Below are positions 24,671 through 33,403 of a stretch of 33,403 bases of DNA, piece after piece (positions within the stretch are counted from its first letter, which is position 1; the number at the start of each line of letters is the position of its first letter). A program made the position numbers and the translations under genes. This DNA is from Phoronis australis. Lineage: Eukaryota; Animalia; Phoronida. The stretch is from the NCBI GenBank assembly GCA_002633005.1, contig NMRA01000023.1, positions 1,657,453 through 1,690,855 of the forward strand. The letters are read 5' to 3'. A model generated the notes under the pieces. It did no database searches. It saw only the letters and a list, made by a program, of their open reading frames with translations, and had not been told where the DNA came from.

Positions 24671-24768
24671 TCAATTATAGCTTGATGATCTACTGCTATT
24701 GCTCAATTATAGCATGATGATCTACTGCTATTGGTCAATTATAGCATGATGTACCGCTATTGGCCAAT
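24671..24768. repeat. 32-bp tandem repeat x3
   Basis: TCAATTATAGCWTGATGATCTACTGCTATTG at 24671, 24703 and 24735. Confidence 0.85.
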
Positions 24769-24850
24769 TGAAAATAATCCCTAAAGGTATACTCCTATAC
24801 TTTCTTGAACTTTCTAAGTGTCTGTGTTTGTAAAACTGAGATCAGAAAAG

Positions 24851-25010
24851 TTTTGAGAATATACCTTCAACTATTATCATTCATACTCTGAAGTTGGTTT
24901 GAGAAATCGACTCGGCTATCTTAAATTGCTTTGGGAATAAACCTTCAACAATTACCATCTATACTCCAAAGTTCGATTGAGAAAATGGCTAGGCTCTCTA
25001 AAATTGCTTT
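24851..25010. repeat. Diverged ~78-bp tandem duplication
   Basis: ACCTTCAAC..ATACTC..AAGTT..TTGAGAAA..GGCT..AAATTGCTTT occurs twice. Confidence 0.6.
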
Positions 25011-25361
25011 ATTAAAACATTAAAAATTGGGGCCTGTTTCACAGAACCTTTTACTTAATAGATTTGTACAAGAGCTGCTGTCATCAAGAAGCCTGCTTAT
25101 CAGGAACACTGACTTCACATCAATAAAACAATGGCATCTGAAGTTGAAACTAAACGAGTGGTTTTCGTAACGGCTACCTAGAATCAACTTACACAAGACC
25201 TTCTTACCCTACACACAGTTTTGAACTTACCTTGTACTACATGCCTACGCATAAACTAACAATTAATCACAGACAACTTCAGGTTTAAATGATAATAGCT
25301 ACTTAAAGAGTTTGAAAATCTTGAAAATCTAGCCTTCTTCACTTCTTGAGCCCTTACATAC

Positions 25362-25431
25362 CATCACAGGCCTCCAAGATTTCCTCCGCCGTTCCATCAT
25401 AGTGAGCCAGTGGATTGCTGGCATTACGATA
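25362..25431 (-). CDS. CBS: CBS exon ([23 protein letters not shown])
   Basis: 70 nt, AG/GT boundaries. Confidence 0.96.
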
Positions 25432-26295
25432 CTGTAAGAATATCACATCGAGAAATCTCTTCAGATTTAGTCTTCTTCCCTTAGTTCACACAAACACAGT
25501 TGCCTAAAGTTGTCATTTTTCTAAATCAAAAGGTTGATTATGTTAGAGGAGAGAAAAGAAGCTTCTCAATTGTTGGTTTTTACATCTGCACAGTAACAGC
25601 TTATAAGAGACGAAAATTGTATTAATCTTTATTTTTGTTAGTAATTTGTCAAAAAATTTCATTTGCCTGCCATGTTGCGTGTGCTGGTAAAGACTTACCA
25701 TAATGGTCTACCTTCATTAAGTCTTATTCAGTCACATGTAAAATGACTTTAATTTACAATAAATTGTCCACCAAGCAAAATAATCACATATTTTACTAAA
25801 TCCTTGCTGAGTGAACAATCTTAATCGACATCAGAAAACATCAATCAATCATTTGCAAATTATCTAACCAACTATTTGTGAAAAGCATCACATTTATTTT
25901 TTAACTATTTAACAAAAAATCTTCACTGCATGCAACAAAATTCGTCTAACTAGTCAGTTGACATGGTACCAGAGAGCACGTCTGAAATTTGTTGCCATGA
26001 GTAATAAATATAAATGGTTTCTAAAAATAAACAAGGGTGAAAGGAAGAACCGGAAAAATGACCAACAATAAAATTAACACCTTTATTATTACTAATTTGT
26101 CAAAGGCAACTCATAAACATAATTATCATATAAATGCGTACACGCCTGTATCCAGTAAACACACCCCACACACACACAGCTTAACTACGTTTAAAGTTAA
26201 CTTACTATATTATGCAAGACTCAAGTTTCAAGATTAAAAAAAATCAGCTGCAATGAAAATAAAGGAAAAGTTTATCACGCTGTGACTCATAGTAC

Positions 26296-26430
26296 CTGAT
26301 CCAGGATGTGAGAGTTGGGTATTTCATTCTTCAGCCTATGAGCAACACCTATGTGTGACTCGGGTGAGTCGAAGCTGGCACTGGTCGGGGTACGCACGAT
26401 TTCGGCACCCAAGGCCTTCAGCACATCCAC
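26296..26430 (-). CDS. CBS: CBS exon ([45 protein letters not shown])
   Basis: 135 nt, AG/GT boundaries, closely similar to human. Confidence 0.97.
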
Positions 26431-26633
26431 CTGAAATAGACAACAGGGAGCGTGAAGATCAGCTGACTGACAATTAAGGTTATACTGACAGACTCTGATA
26501 TAAAAGACAAGCTGTAGAAATGAAACATGCAATCTTTCCATCACTAGGAGAAGGTCAATAAAGCACAGTGTGCGTCTGGTTTTCACAGAAGAAAAGTTTT
26601 ATCTTGATGTTCGAAAGATTTTAGCAAACTTAA

Positions 26634-26983
26634 AGTGGCAATAAATCCATGTTCCGCCCAAGAAGCCAACTTTTGATTTAGACCACTAACAAAATTGTGT
26701 CTCAACTTGTTCCTTACAAGAATGACAAGTGATTTCTGATTTTGCAAAGAAGTGACAGTTAGTTATTGGCCGAGACCAGGCCATGCTTGGCGCATATAAC
26801 TTAACATGACGTGACAAGACAACTTCTAGAGCCTGCTCACAAGATATAATGAACTATCTGAGTTGTTTTGAACCACTGAAATCATCACCAATTTGACTAA
26901 GGACCAATTTGAGAACAACTTCATAACGCTAAGTTGTCTAAGTCAATTTATTTTTTGTGAAAGGAGGCAGGTTTCTAGCCACT
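26634..26983. mobile_element. 350-bp TTAA-flanked MITE (Kolobok-like AG...CT termini)
   Basis: TTAA|AGTGGC ... GCCACT|TTAA, with internal inverted arms; related copies at ~15779 and ~23207. Confidence 0.65.
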
Positions 26984-27095
26984 TTAAATAATAGGAATAT
27001 CACAACTTTTTAATTACACTCATATCACTTGCAACAAACAATTTAGTGTTAATCCTTGCCCCATCAGAATGACAAACAGGATTTTGAAAGAATAC

Positions 27096-27175
27096 CTTTT
27101 CTCTGCTCATCTTCTCCGGCATCACTATAATGCAGCGATAACCTTTTACTGCAGCACCCAAAGCAATGCCAATTC
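27096..27175 (-). CDS. CBS: CBS exon ([26 protein letters not shown])
   Basis: 80 nt, AG/GT boundaries. Confidence 0.97.
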
Positions 27176-27518
27176 CTGAAAACATAAAATTACCATTTTC
27201 AAACTATAGGGACAAACAGATTTGAAATTCTGTGAGTTGGCTTTCCACAAGAAGCAATGGGTGACTAACTAGATGGCGCTAGTGAAACAACGGTCCTACA
27301 TCTAGAAATACAAGCATTCAGGTAGTCACGGGCGACAGAAACTTAACCCATGAAGACTACTCAGGTGATGAAGTGCTTCCTCGTCTCAATTTATTCCACG
27401 GTATGTTTCATGAAAAGTGACTTAAGACTTAAGTCAGAATTTTTGATGTATGTTCCAAATTCAAAATTATTGAATTATAAAGTTTTCCTCATGTAGTTGC
27501 TTGTATAGATCAGTTTAG

Positions 27519-29128
27519 AACAAGAGCAACGCGGAACATTGAAATGCGCCCACGAATGGAGGGGGGTTTCTAGGGGTGTTTATTTGGAACATAAAAATGG
27601 CCACAAAATACGTTGAATCCAAAAACTGGTATGCATCATCAAAGCTATTTACCAAATTTCATATAAATCCATCAAGGAACTTCTGAGAAACCGAGGAAAA
27701 CGAAAAAATGAAATTGCCACTAGGAAGCCATAGGGGAAAAAAACATAACTGCCACTAAGAGGCGCCACAGTAATTGAAGTCGGAAAATCATCGTTAACCG
27801 TCCTCTTCACACTAAGAGCATATAAGCCAATTTTCACAATCATCCTAAGAGTGGTTTGGTTGACAGAGGGCGAATGCCAAAAGCAGAATAGAGAACTGTA
27901 AAAATGGTCACTAGATGGCACAAAATACATTGAATCTCTCTGAAAACCAGAAACTGTCATCATTTCTTTAAAATAAAGCTATTTACCAAATTACTTGAAA
28001 ATTCTCGTCAGGAACTTCAGAGAAACAGAGGAAAACTGAAAGAAAAAATTGCCACTAGAGGCACAGTGTTCGTCGGATCCGTCTGAAAGTCATCATTTTC
28101 CCTTGCTAACTTCATATAAACACACATGCTAAATTTAATAAAGATCCTGCACAGGGCTGAAGAGATACAGGCATGGGCGCAAAAAAAACTGCCACTAGGT
28201 GGTGCCACAGTAGTTGAAGTCGTCGGAAAATCATCGTCAACCGTCCTCTTCGTAGTGAGAAGACCACATACATGCCAATTTTCACAAATATCCTTAGAGT
28301 GGTTGCACTGACAGAGGGACGGACGCCAAAAAACAGACTCGAAAACAACAAAAATGACCACTAGGTGGTGCAAAATAGCTTGAACCAATCCGAAAATGAA
28401 TGGCTAGCGTCACCTCACAAACAGATGCCTATCTACCAAATTTTATGGAAATCCGTTGAGGACTTTTGAAAATACAGAGTGTAAATGTAAAAAAACTAAA
28501 ATTACCGATTAGTCCGTTGTCAACTTCATATAAATACATGTGCTAAAGTTAATAAAGAGCCTGTACAGCATTTAGGAGATACAGCCATGGGTGCAAAAAC
28601 AAACAAAACTGCCACTAAGAGGCTCCACAGTAGTCAAAGTCATCGGAAAATCATCGTCAACCGTCCTCCTCATAGTAGGAACATAAAAATTACGTGCCAA
28701 TTTTCACAATCATCCTTAGAGTGGTTTTGTTGAAAGAGGGGCGATCGCTCAAAAACAGACTTGAAAATAGTAAAAATGGCAACTAGATGGCGAAAAATGC
28801 TTCAAATCCATCCGAAAACAGGAGGATAGTGTCACCTCATTAATAGATGCCTGTCAAATTTCATGAAAATCGCGGTTGAAGACCTTTGAAAAAACAGCAA
28901 CAAGCATAAAAAAATAAAATAAAATTGCCACTAGGGGGCACAGTGGTAGTTGGGTCAGTCCAAAACTCGTCGCCCTATGTTGTCAACACCATAGGAACAC
29001 ACCTGTCAAATTTCAATAAGATCTTGAAAGGGGTTTAAGAGATACACTTGTGGACGCCAGACACCCTGAAGCCCAGACAGAGATGATGGCAATATGCACC
29101 CATAAATAAATATGTCGGTGCATAAAAA
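27519..29128 (+). mobile_element. Apparently full-length HINE-like element with ~10 central tandem units
   Basis: 5' AACAAGAGCAACGC, subTIR ATGCGCCCACGAAT (27544), 140-165-bp units forming a ~420-440-bp higher-order repeat, decayed GACR tract, 3' stem-loop ATGCACC...GGTGCAT and A-run; no TSD. Confidence 0.8.
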
Positions 29129-29420
29129 GTATTCAGACCCGGAATTCCCCGTCATGACGACTGGGCGGAAGCTGAATTCATCATCAGAACAATTTTCCCT
29201 CATTACTAAGAATGAAGAGGAATTAAAAGGTTAATAAAGGTGATTATGCAACAATAATTCTGTTTCCATAATAGTTATTTCTAGTCATTTTTGCTGTTAA
29301 CAGTATTAGCTGTCATGACAGGAAAATGGTATTTTGTCCGATTACTTTTTGTCTTGTACTGTACATTGTTATTTTTCAGTGAGCATGCCATAACCATAGA
29401 GAAGGAGCAGGAGCCGAAAT

Positions 29421-29501
29421 TCAACTCAAGCTAATTAACAATCCAATATGTACTTTTAAGAACTCAACTCAAGCTAATTAACAATCCAATATGTACTTTT
29501 A
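29421..29501. repeat. Tandem duplication, 43-bp period
   Basis: TCAACTCAAGCTAATTAACAATCCAATATGTACTTTTA at 29421 and 29464. Confidence 0.85.
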
Positions 29502-29933
29502 GTTAATAAACACATTTCTTTTCACAAAACGTTTTGAGTACCCTTACAGTGAGTACATACCTGCAGTACCATTATCAATCTTTCAATAAATGTCAACATA
29601 ATTATGTAAAGTATGCTGGTTCTGGGTAATTATAATGCAAGTCAAGAAAACTGCTCTCCTCGTAAGTCCCTAACTGAACTTGTCCATTGATTGGCAGTGA
29701 TGGCACATGCTTGGCTACAAACCACTAACACATTATAGGGGTGCAAATGTTTAAGAATAGGGCATGACTATCAATCATAACACGCCATATGCTCAACTCA
29801 GATTATGATTTAGTAAATCTTATTGGCAAGTGTGTATCATTCTACGGTCAAATATATAAACACAGATGGAATCAGCCCGTCAATAAAAGCAGAGATTATC
29901 TGAAAGTAGGAAGCATGACTTTGGACCAATTCG

Positions 29934-30001
29934 CCATTGGTTGGGATACAAAGCTATGCCCATTGGTTGGGATACACACTATGCCCATTGGTTGGGATAC
30001 A
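29934..30001. repeat. ~25-bp tandem repeat x3 (CCATTGGTTGGGATACA)
   Basis: Three copies, each with an inverted CCAAT. Confidence 0.8.
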
Positions 30002-30719
30002 CAGGACTTATGTCTTTTATTAGTAAAAACAAATTAGGAAAAGAGAAAAGCAAAACAATGGTATCAAAAACATGAACAAATTTTATTGATATAAATATCA
30101 AAACCTTACTTCAACGGAATTTTGTTATTTTAGATGTATTGGGCTAACCACATAGTCCCATCAAGCCGTTGTAAAATAAGAAAACGCGAGTTCAATCACG
30201 CAAATGTAAGACCATGAAATGATAAGTGAAGCTGCCTTTTCGTGTCATGTTGTGTCACCGCGATATCCCAGCACAAGCAACAAAAGGTTGTATTGAATAG
30301 GGGTCTGAATAGAACACCATTGCTTGCGGGTTTAATTCGCAGCCATTTGAATTAAAAGACAATTCTAGCAGTGACATAGACAAAATCAAGCCAATATGCT
30401 TAACAGTTCGTTACATTTGACAATTTATGGTACTAGTGGGCTCAGAGCGATGCTCTTAACATACTGTAGGAACCAAATTTACAGGACGGTATTACCGTTG
30501 AAGATAGGCCGAGATGAAATTTCAAAAAAACTTTTAACAGCATTCATAATTATCATTTTGTTTTTGTCTGATGCAATGTTTGTTTTTCCATTGAAAATCA
30601 TGTTTTGATTTTCTCGAAAGCTAAAACTGAAACATTCTAAAAACACATCAATTTCTGAAACCAAGATATGTTCTGATCACAATTTATCTAACAACAGATA
30701 TTGAGGAGCAGGTAAAAAA

Positions 30720-31020
30720 ACAAACTAGCCTCAAGGGAATGCCACAGTAATTAGAACCATACAAAAGCCTATGTCAGTCGTGATCATCTCAACAGGAATA
30801 CACCAACAAAATTGTATTTTCATAATGAACCTTCAGGCAATTTGGCAGACAGAAAGGAAGGTGTTAATAAACAGATGCAAAAATAAAAAATGACCTCTTA
30901 TGGGGATGGAGATTACATAAAAACTGTTTAAAAATAGGAAGGTGTTGTCGCCTCGACAACAGAAACCAATTTGCCAAATTTCTTGAAAATTCGTCAAGAA
31001 ACTCGGTAGATATAGATGTG
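30720..31020 (+). mobile_element. Old degenerate HINE-like fragment
   Basis: GCCACAGTAATT and CCAAATTTCTTGAAAATTCGTCAAGAAACT resemble units of 27519-29128. Confidence 0.4.
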
Positions 31021-31941
31021 ACTTATAAATACATTATATGCTTTTGTACAATACAGTATTTTTCATACTTCCTTAGTTTTCACTTTAAAGAATAGCTTAT
31101 TACCATACCTTATGTTATGTTATGAAAGGGTCAAATATTCTGGAAAGAAGAAATATTTGTAATGCCTGGGGAAAAAATACTGCGGCCGTAAATCCTGCCT
31201 AAATCTGATGGAAATTCTGATTGAACCTTTAAAATAAGACGATCTCTCCAAGAAATAGTCCTGTCTCTTGTGATGAACACTAATGTTCACTTGAAGCTAT
31301 TTCCCACCGGCATTTCCTGTAAACTAGCTGTTACTTTTGCATTTCTCTCTCCAACAAAACAGTCAAGTATTTTGAGACTTCAACATCTCACAAATTCTAC
31401 CTCCCAAAGCAAGCATTTGACAACTAGATTCTAAATTAGGCCAGTGTACATTCTTATTAATCAAATGACAGTAGTTCACAACTGGTCAGACCTAACTACC
31501 ATGTTTATTACTTGCAGCTGGAGACCAACAAAGGACTTTTCAAATCATTGATAAAAGCGTGACCAGCTTATACTCTCTGAAGCCCCTAAGTTTGCTTCAC
31601 AGTCAAAATAATGTTATGAATATGAACCCACGTACGAGTACATGCAGGTGCATAAAAGCTAAAATTGCTGCTAGAAGATGTAGCAGTTGCCATACTATCC
31701 CTGATGAAAACACTCTTGTAAAATTTTACAAACATCCAATGAGTGGTTTTGGATACACAGCAGTAGATGCATAAGGAAACTGATGTCATTCACTCTAATT
31801 CTAACTTAATTTTCAACTGGTGAATCTAAGATGTTGCAAAGGAGAGCCTGACCAGAACAAAACACAAAAACATTCAAGATAGTCCTGAAAATAACATGCC
31901 ACTGTCTTTTTGTGCAGTGCATAGAAGGGCCACTGTGTTTA

Positions 31942-32181
<240 letters not shown>

Positions 32182-32184
32182 CTA

Positions 32185-32542
32185 CTATGCAGTACTGCCA
32201 GCTGTGCAGTATGACCAGCTGTGCAGTACTACCAGCTCTGCTGTATGACCAGCTCTGCTGTATGACCAGCTATGCAGTATGACCAGATATGCAGTACGAC
32301 CAGCTACGCAGTACGACCAGCTGTGCAGTATGACCAGCTATGCAGTATGACCAGCTGTGCAGTATGACCAGCTGTGCAGTATGACCAGCTGTGCAGTATG
32401 ACCAGCTGTGCAGTATGACCAGCTGTGCAGTATGACCAGCTGTGCAGTACGACCAGTTATGCAGAATGACCTATAGCTATGCAGTACAACCAGCTATGAA
32501 GTACGACCAGGTGCGCAGTACGACCACTGCAGCTATGAAGTA
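32185..32542. repeat. 17-bp minisatellite (GCAGTATGACCAGCTGT) x ~21
   Basis: Tandem array with a homogeneous centre and degenerate edges. Confidence 0.95.
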
Positions 32543-33403
32543 ACAATGAATTCACACATTGTTGGTGAAAATAAGAAGGTTGCAAATTGCCTATATTCTA
32601 CTTAACAACCATATATCTAGTAAGAATCCTAGAATTGTTGCTTCACCAACACTTCTGGCAACAGATCACTTGTTTAACTCACAGATTTGCTAAACATTCT
32701 GACAACATAATAATTGCACGCTGTCTACTTGCATGTGTATTGTTACGCTGAGATGAAAGTTATACGGTAAAGTCGCGTGATTTTCGGACGGCCCGCCATT
32801 TTCGACCAAGAATAAATATTTCCGAAATGAGTTTTTCATAGTCCACGAAATTCGTACAAGGTCCAAAAACTGTTTTTTAATGATCTTCGAACTTCGGACA
32901 AGTCATAACCGTCGGATTTTTGCCCCGCGACTTTCGGATAAGGAAAATTTTAGAAACGCTAATTTGGGATCGACGCAACTCCCGTGTCACTAAAGCGTTC
33001 AACGGATGATTACTACTCTATAAGGCTTGAATCTGAGAATTGGTGTAACAGGCTTTGTCATTTTCACCTTGTCTTGACGATGTCATGACCGTTACTCGAT
33101 TGTCTTGCGTTTAGCTTGTGTTTGGCGCTTTAGCTATGGAAAGAGTCACTGAGTCCCGCATGACGAAAATTTCTGATGAAAATACAAATGGGAAATACAC
33201 CGAAGGCTGCAGTTTTTCGTTGTAGCGTAACATGTGCTCTGGTTTAATTAGACCGTGTTGTTCGACTTCGGACTGTGACATTGAACTTGCACGCCTGACA
33301 TCAACTTGCGTGTTTACGAAACGTTTTTATTTTTAAAACGTCCTGGCCTTTGCAAATGCCCTTGTTAGTGGCTAAAATCTCCGGCGACGTGTCCCGATTT
33401 TAT

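Noticed and set aside
27649-28388. Several 60-123-aa ORFs similar to the ORF at 8494-8733
   Set aside because: The similarity comes from shared HINE tandem units, not from a protein family.
32676-32705. Upstream CBS exon or micro-exon ending at a GTGAGT donor on the minus strand
   Set aside because: An in-frame TAG lies just upstream and there is no similarity to the expected IGxTPMVRIN...CEL peptide.

Overview
AT-rich genomic DNA from an animal, most likely a marine invertebrate bilaterian (inferred from vertebrate-like intron positions and a dense load of MITE/Helentron-type repeats). Two convergent intron-containing genes are present. On + is a complete ubiquitin-60S ribosomal protein L40 fusion gene (UBA52; coding exons 3048-3150, 4914-5000, 5413-5609; 128 aa). 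On - are the last 13 coding exons of cystathionine beta-synthase (CBS; 32087 down to 11007), whose N-terminal heme-binding exons lie beyond the right edge. The first 17 bases may be the start (MAVSTG) of a divergent UBE2V/MMS2-like gene. Introns and the intergenic region are filled with non-autonomous DNA transposons: hAT-like elements with 5-, 6- and 8-bp TSDs, a Harbinger/Tourist-like family, TTAA-flanked MITEs, and Helentron-associated (HINE/DINE/Pearl-like) elements. Several are nested. The HINE tandem units each carry a co-oriented CTCF-like motif. There are also minisatellites and a 437-N gap. No new protein-coding system is evident. The best leads are regulatory: mobile CTCF-motif arrays, a recursive-splice-like AG|GTAAG at the UBA52 start-codon exon, and a mammalian-type SAM/oligomerisation module in an invertebrate CBS. 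All calls were made by eye; human reference sequences and exon sizes are recalled from memory, not searched.
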